A stretch of 64,000 bases of DNA from an uncultured delta proteobacterium (GTDB lineage: Bacteria > Desulfobacterota > Binatia > UBA9968), in the NCBI GenBank assembly GCA_963727625.1, contig CAVSHR010000009.1:256001-320000 (forward strand), in the 5' to 3' direction. Below are positions 20,153 through 30,130 of this stretch, piece by piece. The notes under the pieces are model-generated. The model worked only from the letters and a program-made list of their open reading frames with translations, did not search any database and was not told where the DNA came from. The translations under genes and the position numbers were made by a program. The stretch's first letter is position 1, and every line of letters begins with the position of its first letter.

Positions 20153-20913
20153 AAAAGACCAATTTCGACCGGTATCTTGAAAAACAATTGGATAATCCGG
20201 CTTTTGCCGCTCGGTTTAAAACAGCCGGCGAGGCGTGGGACGTGGCGCTGCAGATTGCTGCGTTGCGCGAGCAAGTCGGACTTTCGCAGAAGGACCTCGC
20301 CAAGCAGCTCAAGACTTCGCAACAACAAATCAGCCGACTGGAGTCGCCTAGTTACGAAGGCCACAGCCTGAGCATGCTCCGCCGCGTCGCCGACGCCTTG
20401 CACGCAAAGCTGCACGTCAGCTTCGAACCGGGAAATTCAGACGCCCACATGCAAGTCGCCGATCGCCCGGCCACATATCGGAAAGATCGCAGCGTGCCCG
20501 CGAATACGGCAATAAGGAAACTTGGCAGCATGGAATCTGACGAAGCGAGATTGCCCCGCCGCCGAGACCGTGACCAGACCGTCGGTACCATCACTGGAAC
20601 AAAAATAAATCGAAAATATCTGGCGGAAATCGTGCGGCGAATCCTCACGGTAACCGAGCCGGAGAGAATTATCCTGTTCGGTTCCGCGGCAAGGAGCGAG
20701 ATGGGACCGGACAGCGATCTTGATATTCTGGTGGTTACGGCTTGCGATCATCGCCGCAACACCGCTAGGGAGATTCGGAGCGCGCTCTTCGGTATCGGCA
20801 TACCGATAGACATCATTGTGGCGAAACCGCAAGACCTCGAACGCTACGGCGACGCCATCGGTCTTGTTTATCGTCCTGCGCTCAGGGAGGGAACCGTTCT
20901 TTATGCCGCGTAG
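20149..20913 (+). CDS. HigA-like HTH antitoxin in one ORF with a minimal nucleotidyltransferase (MNT)
   Basis: LSQKDLAKQLKTSQQQISRLE HTH, then ILFGSAAR...DSDLDILV with no stop between. Confidence 0.8.
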   Translation: MKKTNFDRYLEKQLDNPAFAARFKTAGEAWDVALQIAALREQVGLSQKDLAKQLKTSQQQISRLESPSYEGHSLSMLRRVADALHAKLHVSFEPGNSDAHMQVADRPATYRKDRSVPANTAIRKLGSMESDEARLPRRRDRDQTVGTITGTKINRKYLAEIVRRILTVTEPERIILFGSAARSEMGPDSDLDILVVTACDHRRNTAREIRSALFGIGIPIDIIVAKPQDLERYGDAIGLVYRPALREGTVLYAA

Positions 20914-21325
20914 GATCGGCTTTATCGGGAAGCCAGAAGATTGGCTGCGCCGGGCCAAAGGCAATCTCGCAAGGGCGAAGCAAACAAAACCCAAAGACGC
21001 TTTCTGGGAAGATCTTTGTTTCGATGCGCAACAAGCAGCAGAAAAGTCCATCAAGGCGGTCTTGGTTTTCCGTCGGCTCGAGATTCGCAAATCCCATGAC
21101 CTCAGAGGGTTGTTGAGCTTGCTTGAAACCGCCGGCTATCCAGTACCCGAGGAGATACGAAAAGCAGATGATCTCACCGACTACGCCGTCGAGACCCGTT
21201 ATCCCGGGTTAACCGAGCCCGTTGGCCCGACCGAATACCGCGATGCCGTTCGGCTGGCGGAAGCCGTGGTGCGTTGGGCCGAAGAACAAATCGGAGTGCG
21301 AAAGAAAAGTAAAAGGAAGACCTAG
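20903..21325 (+). CDS. HEPN domain protein
   Basis: FDAQQAAEKSIKA, KSHDL, YAVETRYP; overlaps the MNT stop. Confidence 0.88.
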   Translation: MPRRIGFIGKPEDWLRRAKGNLARAKQTKPKDAFWEDLCFDAQQAAEKSIKAVLVFRRLEIRKSHDLRGLLSLLETAGYPVPEEIRKADDLTDYAVETRYPGLTEPVGPTEYRDAVRLAEAVVRWAEEQIGVRKKSKRKT

Positions 21326-21384
21326 GCGCGCTCGCATCCGGTTTGTCTTCGAGCTGGGGGCAAGTCGCCGTACGAAACGCAGTG

Positions 21385-21687
21385 TGACGAAAACGAGATA
21401 GTTCCGGGAGAATCGAATACGACGCGGCACACGATTTACTGAACATCGAATTCCTCGCCCATGTTCCCATCGACGATTCCATTGAATTGGATAGCGTGAT
21501 CATCGACTATGCGAAAGACAAACGGAGCGTCGCCATCGAGGTATTGGACGCGAGCAAACGAACGACGCGCAAACCTTCGGACCTCGCCCAGTTGGCCATC
21601 GTGACATCTTCCGGCGCAGGCGCCGTGCGGGAAAGCGCGGAAAAGTACGCTAAACGGCGAGGCGGGAAACCTGCCCGCCGGAGGTGA
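21385..21687 (+). pseudogene. DUF2283-like protein, start apparently frameshifted
   Basis: RIEYDAAHDLLNIEF...IIDYAKDKRSVAIEVLDAS; an in-frame TGA lies just upstream. Confidence 0.55.
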
Positions 21688-21758
21688 GCCAGTGAAAGAC
21701 ACACCGCCGGCAATCGAACGAAAATTTCGCCAGATGCTGCCAAAAAGTGGCAAACGGC

Positions 21759-21810
21759 TTGAACGGAGCGCAGCGGTGGAACGATTGGAACATTTGGAAC
21801 CACTGGAACC
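21759..21810 (+). repeat. short TGGAAC repeats with 9-nt period
   Basis: TTGAACGGAGCGCAGCGGTGGAACGATTGGAACATTTGGAACCACTGGAAC. Confidence 0.65.
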
Positions 21811-21831
21811 GCCCGGAGGGCGGAAGAGACC

Positions 21832-21881
21832 GTGACCTCGGATGTCAAAAAATAATTGTGGGGCGTGACCTCACGTGTCAC
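21832..21881. promoter_or_regulatory. paired TGAC-N7-GTCA operators upstream of cas6
   Basis: GTGACCTCGGATGTCA and GTGACCTCACGTGTCAC, 33 bp apart. Confidence 0.6.
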
Positions 21882-21924
21882 AACCGGTTTGTAACCTTTC
21901 GGATGTGAGCATAAAGGAAGAGCG

Positions 21925-22521
21925 ATGCCGTACGTGGATTTGGCGTTTAGGTTGACCGGCAGCAAGGTGCCTGTGGATCACGGATATGCCCTCTATTCGG
22001 CGATCAGCCGGATTTTGCCGGAGATTCACGGCGCGAAGAGTATTGGCGTGCATCCCATCCGGGGCACGTATTCCGGGAACGGCGAACTGATGCTCCGAGA
22101 TTCATCGCGATTAATCATAAGGCTCGAAAGTGAACACATCGGAGAAGTTCTGAAACTCGCCGGCAAACGATTGGATATAGACAGCCACAGCCTCCGGGTC
22201 GGTATACCTGAGGTCCGTCTTCTTCGCGCACGTGCTTCACTATACTCGCGCCTCGTCACAATCAAAGGCTTTATGGACCCTGCAGCGTTTCTGGAATCAG
22301 CCAAGAGACAGTTGGAGAAGCTTGGCGTCGACGCAGAAATTCAGGTTGGTGAACGGCGAACTTTCCGGCTCAAGGATAAGCAGGTGGTCGGATTTGAAGT
22401 CGCGGCCTCGGAAGTAGACGCTGCCGGATCTTTACGATTGCAGGAGAATGGACTCGGCGGCCGAAGGCATATGGGTTGTGGGATTTTTACGGGATCTGCT
22501 GTGCAAAGGTCAGCGGGATGA
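21925..22521 (+). CDS. cas6: Cas6 (Myxan/Cmx6 type)
   Basis: VDLAFRLTG, VDHGYALYSAI, G-rich loop GLGGRRHMGCGIF. Confidence 0.92.
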   Translation: MPYVDLAFRLTGSKVPVDHGYALYSAISRILPEIHGAKSIGVHPIRGTYSGNGELMLRDSSRLIIRLESEHIGEVLKLAGKRLDIDSHSLRVGIPEVRLLRARASLYSRLVTIKGFMDPAAFLESAKRQLEKLGVDAEIQVGERRTFRLKDKQVVGFEVAASEVDAAGSLRLQENGLGGRRHMGCGIFTGSAVQRSAG

Positions 22522-24751
22522 GCGGCTATCCGAGACTCTTAGCCAAGAGCAGTAAAGCACCAAACTCCCCGCTTGGGCTAGAAACGCTGCCTGGTCATAC
22601 AGCCAATGTTCTTGCTGCAGCGGAAGCGCTGCTGGACGAAACCGGTGACTCCCAATTGGCTGCTGTTCGATTAGCTCCAGAAATCTGGCGGCAAGATTTC
22701 CGTCGCAGCGTACTAGCGGCAGCATTTTGCCACGACCTAGGCAAGGCGAACGACCAATTTCAAGCAATGGTCCGTCATCAGCGTGAGGGGAAACAGGCCG
22801 TTCGCCATGAAGCGTTGTCGCTATTAATTATTGAGGAGACCATTCTACGGAATTGGCTTGTGGCGGGTCTGAAGGATGCAGAGGATCTAAAATTTCTTCT
22901 ATGGGCAGCAGCCGGTCATCATCGGAAATTTCCACCTAGCAAACCTGACCAGGGAACCGGCGTGCGACTTTCTCTTTTCCTCGGACATCCCGATTTTCAC
23001 CGTACACTATTGGTCGGTGCCAAGTGGCTCGGCTTGGATGATCCACCGCGACTCGACGATCAAAAGTGGCAACTCACCGGAGCAAACTCCCCCACCACGC
23101 GATTGAGCCGCTTCTGGATCCGTGCTGCTGAATATTGGAGTACCTGTGTGGACGAACGGCGTCGGTTTCTCGCAGCCATGAAAGCATGTGTCATTGCTGC
23201 TGACATCGCTGGCTCAGCGTTGCCGAAACAGAAAAAGAAAATTGCCGTTCGACTCGCGAAGCTCGAATCGTCGACCAACGGCTGACCAACTTCAGAAGAT
23301 TGTTGATGACCGATTACAGGGATTATCTCCCGCGTCCTTTTCAAAATGCCTTGGCAGGAACCAGGGAGCGAGTCGTCCTTGCTCAGGCAGGGTGCGGAAC
23401 TGTCCGGAAAAACCTAGGGGCAATCTGTTGGGCTGCACGGCGCACACCGGGAAGACGACTGTTTTCGCATATCCGACGACTGGCACCGCAACTGAAGGTT
23501 TTCGCGATTATCTTGTTGATCCCACTCTTGACGCTCAGTTAGTCCACGGCCGCGCAGCTGTGATCTCGACTTGCTCGGCGTAGGAGTCGATGATGGTGAA
23601 AATCAGGACCCTCTTGCAGCTCTTGATGCGTGGTCAACTCTTATTACCAGTTGCTCGGTGGATACTGTGCTTCGCCTGACCCAGAATCACCGCCGGGGTC
23701 TCTACGCTTGGCCCGCTTTGGCAAATTCCGCGTTTGTTTTTGATGAGATTCATGCTTACGACGATCGCCTGTTTGACGCGCTGCTGCGGTTTTTGACCAG
23801 CTGTCGTGGTTTGCCTTGTCTTCTTATGACTGCGAGTCTCCCCCAAGCGCGGCGTGCGGCTCTTGAGGACGCTCTACGCGGACTAGGCGAATCGCTGGAA
23901 AGCGTGAGTGGCCCAAGCGATTTAGAAAACCTACCTCGTTACCAGCGCTTACTAAATGATAATCCCTGGTCGGTGGTCGAGCAACGCTTAGAGACAACGG
24001 AAAAGTACTTTGGGTGGTGAACACCGTCGACCGTGCATTCAATTTAGCCAATCAAGCTGAGGCCCGAAGCATTGAACCACTCGTGTACCACAGCCGGTTC
24101 CGTTACGAAGACCGCGTGCGGCAACATGGACGGCTTATTGCGGCGTTTCGAACAAATCTGCCAGTGTTGGCTATAACTACGCAAGTGGCCGAGATGCGTG
24201 CTGAGATCTTTCAGCCGATCTTTTGGTGACCGACTTAGCGCCGATCGCGGCCCTTATTCAAAGGCTTGGGCGATTAAACCGCAGGTCGACCCCAGTGAAT
24301 CGCATTCCTCCAAAGCCTTTTCTTCATCTAGAACCAGATACCGAGGCTCCCTCTAGGACTCAAGATCATCCAGACCCTTTTGCTGCAGGGACCCGAGTAT
24401 GGCTGGAAAATTTCGGTGCGGTGCCAGTCTCACAAGCTGACCTGGCGCGAACCTGGATCCATCTGGACGAGAATGCTATACCGCAATTCTTTGAAAGCGC
24501 CTGGTTGGATGGCGGCTTCAAACGACGCCCCGCCATTTGCGGGAAAGTCTTCCTGGCTTGACCGTCTTGCTCGAGGAAGATGCCGATGGCGTCGCACGTG
24601 GCGAAGTGGATCCCGCACGCGTCCGTATTCCCCATGAACCCACCACGCAACAGGGCGTGGAACAAATGGCGGGAGGTGGCTTTTGCTCGCGTTCCTCCGA
24701 TCAGAGTACATCAGGTACGATTCAGAACGAGGTGCTCAATGGCGTCATTGA
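22518..24751 (+). pseudogene. cas3: Cas3 HD nuclease-helicase, multiply frameshifted
   Basis: HDLGKAN, GHH, YPTTGTATEGF, FDEIH, LMTAS, YHSRF, TTQVAEM, IQRLGRLNR spread over several frames. Confidence 0.88.
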
Positions 24752-26349
24752 CGTGCGACCTCTTTGCCCCGGGCATGACTCAGGCTCCATCGAGCTGGTC
24801 TTGCAGGCTTGGCTAGCACGCTGCGGTGGGTTGAGAAGAAGGTCCCCAAAGGAGAGCGTCCGGGCGGGCGGTTCGGTCGGACAATTGACGAACACTCGGT
24901 GACATTGAGTTGGGAGGAGAATGACGGGAAACGGTTACTCTTCGAGCGACTTTTTGCCTTAACCTACCAACTCAAAAATGATCTTATCTATCTAGCTGGC
25001 CAGTACACGGAACTCCCCCCGCCGTTAGAAGTGCGGGCCGCGCTCCAGGAAGGACTTCTACTAAGTTTTTATGACCACGGAGTTCAATCCCGTGGAAAAA
25101 AAAGGAGGCGCGCGAGTTCGTACATACGAAATCGATGACAAGGCAGTTACATACCGATACCTTCCTCTCTCCTGGTATAAACACCAGCGAGATGGTTCAA
25201 ATTTTTGTTGCAAGCTATCGGAGGGAGTGCTGCAAATAACTCGAACGCTTTTTCCAGGGGCAACAGAAAGGTCCTGCCGGACTACCGGCACCCATGTGAT
25301 TCGCGCAGCCCAACCTGCTCTGCCACTATTTTTCGCACCTGTCGGAACCGTTGCCTTTAGGGCTGGCGGGAAACGTGTGAATCGATCGGGGAAAGCGTAA
25401 TTCGAAAGCCGGTGCCGCATTGTTACATCCCAGATGTGCGAAATCTTTTAAGCGCACAGTATATCCTTCCAGCACTACTACCGAGGAATGTGGTCAGAGA
25501 CTGCCAGGTTACTAACATTGCAGGAGTGCTGCTGCCCTACAGGCGGAACTGCGATTGCGTAGTCGCGATGTTGCTTCAATCGCGACGTGATCCCTGCTAT
25601 TCGTTGTGTGTGGTGTTGTCCTGCCGACTGGAATTACAGGCTCCAGCCGCCATCGTTTGTCACTGAGGTTAATTCGACGCAGTTGATCCGAAACTAGACC
25701 AGTTGACCTTGGCGATGCATGCCTTGGCTGGGCAGATATTACCGAGAAAAAACGAGAAGACGGGAGAATATTTCTGGCCCAGAAGTTATGTGCGTCCGCT
25801 CGTGGCCGACAACCTTGCGTCAATCGCCCCTGGTACGAAGGTTTAATCGTTTGATGACGAATCAAGATCCGCTTACGGAACCATCCAATTCGCAACTACT
25901 TACATTTCGAAAGGAAAGGACTGCACATCATGACCGAAGAAATCCGATGGGGTCATCCCGGAGAGGAATCGATCGTTCGCGCTGTCCACGAAGCTCTTCG
26001 ATGCCGCTATGGTCGCATAGCTTCCGAGAACTCAAAAAATCCTGCCGCGATGAAAAAACGTATGGCACGCGAATATGAACGCCTTCGACTAGCATTTGCC
26101 GGTTCTAAAACGGTCGACACCCTGCGACACGCTCTTACCGATCTCTGGAGCAGAGGCGGTTCCAACAATGTTTTGAAAGAGTTATGGCCCCAAGTCTTGC
26201 CAATGCTCGCGAGCAATAAATGGCAGCTGACTCGCGATTTGGCGCTGTTGGCTCTCGCGAGCTACCAGGCAAAGGAGAAGAAGAGATTGATCTCATCAAC
26301 ATTGATGATGAACCAAAAGGAACAGAAGAAACGGAGGAACAGGTATCGA
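24739..26349 (+). pseudogene. cas8: Cas8 (Cmx8, type I-B Myxan), frameshifted
   Basis: start MASLTCDLFAPGMT; C-terminal ERLRLAFAGSKT...[15 protein letters not shown]; position between cas3 and cas7. Confidence 0.8.
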
Positions 26350-27242
26350 GCCGTCATTTATTCGTCAATCTCACCCATCGCCACACCGCCAATAATCGTG
26401 GAGAAACCGACGGAAACGTCACCACGTTACAAAAGCTCTTGTGGCAAGGGCAAGTCCATACCACCGTGAGCGCAGAGGCGATTCGTTTTGCGTTGCGCCG
26501 CACTCGTCAGTGCCGTTGAGGGGGAGAAAACAAATGCGTCGCTGGGATGAGAGTGTACGGTCAATATTTGGGAAGATCCAGAATTTTCAGAGGCTTGGAA
26601 GAAGAAAGACGATGCGACCTTTATTGACGACGATCTGCTTGGGTTCATCAGTGCGAAAGCGGCGAGTCAAGAAGGGCAGGCCGGTACTGCCGACGTTCGG
26701 CGAGCGGTGTTGGAAGTTACAAGGGCAATATCTTTGCTTCCATGGGGCGGCGACGTATTTTCAATGCTGCTAGTCCGGGAGCGACACCGAGCGCTGCAAA
26801 AAAAGGTAATAATCCCGTTCCCTACGGCACGGAACTGCATGCTACGCGATACCAATACGGAATCGCCCTAACACCCGGATCGACTGCGCAAAAAGGACAG
26901 AGCCAAACCAGCTGTTGCTGGCCTATGTCGGACTGTGTCCGAGGTGGCAGGTAATCGTAGGCCGTTTTCTTTTCGATTTCTCTCTCCGAGAGTATCGTGT
27001 TTAGACTGACCGATGATCCTGCTCCTCGGCTCCTCTACGTTTTTGAGCAGAATGAACAAAATATCGACGCGCCATTGTTACTCGCTCGAGTTGAAGCCGG
27101 TGACATTAAAGCGGAGGAGTTAGTGATTGGTGGCAGTTTCGCGGCCACGATGACAGCCAAGAAATTAAAGGAGCTGGGAGCAGATGTTCTTCCGGGTGTC
27201 CGGAAGGCAGCAGAAACTGTACTCGGCAAGCTCGAAAGCTAA
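26345..27242 (+). pseudogene. cas7: Cas7 (DevR-like), frameshifted
   Basis: [55 protein letters not shown]; start codon appears disrupted (ATCGAGC for ATGAGC). Confidence 0.85.
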
Positions 27243-27244
27243 GT

Positions 27245-27925
27245 ATGATCGGCCTGTATGTGTCGGTGCCTGTTGCTTGCTTCCGCAAGGGATTGGCGCG
27301 CGAGTATCTTGAAACCGAAGCGCTACCACCGCCGGCGACGTGTTACGGTTTCTTGCTTTCGTTAGTGGGAGAAATCGACCGCACGCGGCATATCGGTTGT
27401 CGCGTAACTGCCGCTCTCATAGGACAACCGGAAAAAAGCGCGGTGTTACGAACGGTCTGGAAAATAAAGAACCGGAATCTCTACATGGGACAAACTCCTC
27501 CGTCGGGTGCGCCGAAAAAAGTGAAAAACGCCGGAGGCAACCGTATGCTTGACCGGCAAGAACTCCTCACCGGAGTTAAAGTCGTTATATGGCTAGACTC
27601 GCACGAAGAGAGCACGGAAAATACTGTCTTAGAGCAACGTGCACGAGAATCGCTCACGCATCCAGAACGTATATTTCGTTTCGGTGGCCTCTCATTGGGC
27701 GAAAGCGCCCATCAGTCGATGAAGTGAAACTCTTTGATGGTGACCCGACGACCGAAAGTGCAGTTTTCTGTTGAGCCCCGCGGGCAATTGACCCTTCCGG
27801 TATGGGTAGATCACGTCGGTTCAGAAGATACCCGGTATGTGACCGGAGACCTGCTGATGTCGCGACTCGTGCCGCCCGATCTTGCTCGCATGCCGAAGAT
27901 CGAGCCCGCTGAAATAGTTGCTTAA
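27245..27925 (+). pseudogene. cas5: Cas5 (DevS-like), frameshifted near the 3' end
   Basis: VSVPVACFRKGLAREYLET.ALPPPATCYGFLLSLVGE, RFGGLSLGES, LPVWVDHVGS. Confidence 0.87.
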
Positions 27926-27937
27926 TTCCCAAGGACA

Positions 27938-29578
27938 TTGACTATGGATGAATCGGGACCTCTCGTCCGCGTCATGGCGCTGCACGCGCTGATGTATTGT
28001 GAGCGGCTTTTCTATCTTGAGGAAGTGGAGGAAATCCGCGTTGCTGACGCGTCGGTCTATGCTGGCCGTAGGCTTCACGAAGAGTTGGCGGCGGATGAAG
28101 GGGAAATCGTTAGTCTAGTTTTAGAGAGCGAGAAGCTCGGGTTGAAAGGGAAGGTTGATTGCCTGCGGCGAAGAAACGGTCAGCTCATTCCTTACGAACA
28201 TAAGCGCGGGCGTTCTCGCAAAGGCGATGATGGTCCGGAAGCATGGCCAAGTGATCGACTTCAGGTCTATGCCTACACGATGCTGTTGGAAGAGCATACC
28301 GGAACTGCCATCGACGAGGCGAGAATCCGCTACCACGCGGACAACGCGACTGTTCGGGTCGCTGTAGACGAAACGGCTCGTGAGAAGGTTGCGTGGGCGG
28401 TTCGACGGGTGCGGGAGTTGCGCCAGTCGGTCCAGCGGCCTCCGGTGACGGACAACGAACGGCTTTGCCTCAACTGTTCGCTTGCGCCGGTGTGTTTACC
28501 GGAGGAGGAGCGTTTAGCTCGCGACCGTGAATGGGCACCGGTCCGCTTATTTCCCAAAGACAAGGATAGGCAAACAGTTCATGTCACGGATCACGGTGCG
28601 CGCGTGACGCGGTCAGGGGACACGTTCGCAATAATTCGGATAGACAATACGAAGGAGACTTTGCCCGTCAGGGAGGTTGGAGAGTTGGTGTTGCACGGGG
28701 GCGCGCAGATCACCACGCAAGCGATTCACCTTTGCGCCCAGCAAGAAGTCGGAGTGCATTGGGTAAGCGGCGGCGGGCGTTACATCGGAAGCATTGCTGC
28801 TGGAGCAAGTCCGGTGCAGCGGCGAATTCGACAATACGAAGCTCTGCGTGAGCCAGGGTTTTGTTTTAAGTTGGCCAGAAAGCTTGCCTCTGCCCGCTCG
28901 GCGAGCCAACTCGGATTCTTGTTACGCGCCTCTCGAGAAAAGGGACGCGGCGCCGAAATAGACGGAGCACTTCGAGGCATACGAGCCGCGTTGCGATCGA
29001 TGAACCAAGCGGAAGGGATCGATTCCCTACGCGGATTGGAAGGAGATGCAGGGCGGCTCTACTTCTCGGGTCTACCGGTTTTGCTGAAAGACGAGATCGA
29101 TGAGCGGTTGCGTTTTAACGGCCGCAATCGACGACCGCCGAAAGATTGTTTCAATGCCTTATTGAGCTTCGGTTACGCGTTGCTCTACCGCGATGTGATG
29201 CAGGCGATTCTTGCGGTTGGCCTGGAACCTTCTTTTGGTTTTTACCATACTCCACGGTCCGCTTCGCATCCTCTCGCGTTAGATCTCATGGAACTTTTTC
29301 GCGTACCGCTCTGGGATATGCCCCTTGTTGCATCGGTAAATCGTTTGCAGTGGAGTCCCGACGAAGATTTTACGATTGCGGGCGAGCAAGTATGGCTAAG
29401 CGACACCGGTCGAAAAAAGGCAATCGAAGTCTATGAGCGGCGAAAGGAGGATCAATGGAAACATCCGGTAACGGGGTATTCGCTATCGTATGCCAGGCTA
29501 ATCGAACTTGAGTGCCGGTTGCTCGAAAAAGAATGGACCGGAGAGCCGGGGCTATTTGCCAGAATGCGGTTAAGGTGA
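27938..29578 (+). CDS. cas1: Cas4-Cas1 fusion, intact
   Basis: Cas4 YCER...GKVD...EHKRG...CLNCSLAPVC; Cas1 LRGLEG, NALLSFGYALL, FYH, LDLMELFR. Confidence 0.95.
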   Translation: MTMDESGPLVRVMALHALMYCERLFYLEEVEEIRVADASVYAGRRLHEELAADEGEIVSLVLESEKLGLKGKVDCLRRRNGQLIPYEHKRGRSRKGDDGPEAWPSDRLQVYAYTMLLEEHTGTAIDEARIRYHADNATVRVAVDETAREKVAWAVRRVRELRQSVQRPPVTDNERLCLNCSLAPVCLPEEERLARDREWAPVRLFPKDKDRQTVHVTDHGARVTRSGDTFAIIRIDNTKETLPVREVGELVLHGGAQITTQAIHLCAQQEVGVHWVSGGGRYIGSIAAGASPVQRRIRQYEALREPGFCFKLARKLASARSASQLGFLLRASREKGRGAEIDGALRGIRAALRSMNQAEGIDSLRGLEGDAGRLYFSGLPVLLKDEIDERLRFNGRNRRPPKDCFNALLSFGYALLYRDVMQAILAVGLEPSFGFYHTPRSASHPLALDLMELFRVPLWDMPLVASVNRLQWSPDEDFTIAGEQVWLSDTGRKKAIEVYERRKEDQWKHPVTGYSLSYARLIELECRLLEKEWTGEPGLFARMRLR

Positions 29579-29581
29579 AGT

Positions 29582-29884
29582 ATGGCCGAGGAAAAATTTC
29601 TCTATCTCGTTTGTTACGATATCCGTGAGCCCAAGAGGTGGCGGCGCGCCTACAAGCTGCTCAAAGGATATGGGAAAAGTCTTCAGTACTCAATTTTTGA
29701 GTGCAGAATGACGAGGCGTGAATTGGAACGAATGCGATGGGAGCTTGAGAAAGAACTATCAGAAGAAGACAGCCTGATGATCGCGGGATTGTGCGCTGGC
29801 TGCCATTCAAAGGTCATTGCCAGAAATACGAGAAACGAATACCTGCAGGAAGAACGCAAGTTTCGAATCGTCGGTGCAGCGTGA
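29582..29884 (+). CDS. cas2: Cas2, intact
   Basis: YLVCYDIREPKR, LQYSIFEC. Confidence 0.95.
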   Translation: MAEEKFLYLVCYDIREPKRWRRAYKLLKGYGKSLQYSIFECRMTRRELERMRWELEKELSEEDSLMIAGLCAGCHSKVIARNTRNEYLQEERKFRIVGAA

Positions 29885-30130
29885 GAGTAGGACCGGCTCA
29901 GGTATCTGCGCATGTTTATTACGCTAAGTACATGATTCTCTCTAACTTAGCCTCGGGCAAAGGGAAATTGAAAATTAATAATCGTGAAGATGCTTGAGGG
30001 GAAAAAGCGTTGGCGGTTTCTATGGATGTAACTCGTACCATTCGAATGGCTAAAAGTTTCGATCAGAAATCCCGGGTACTTGAAGGTCGCATAAAAATCT
30101 ACAGAAAGGATACGGAGTTAGCCGTAAGCG
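29885..30130 (+). promoter_or_regulatory. CRISPR leader
   Basis: AT-rich non-coding stretch between cas2 and repeat 1 with a repeated RGRTRCTTGA-like motif. Confidence 0.75.
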
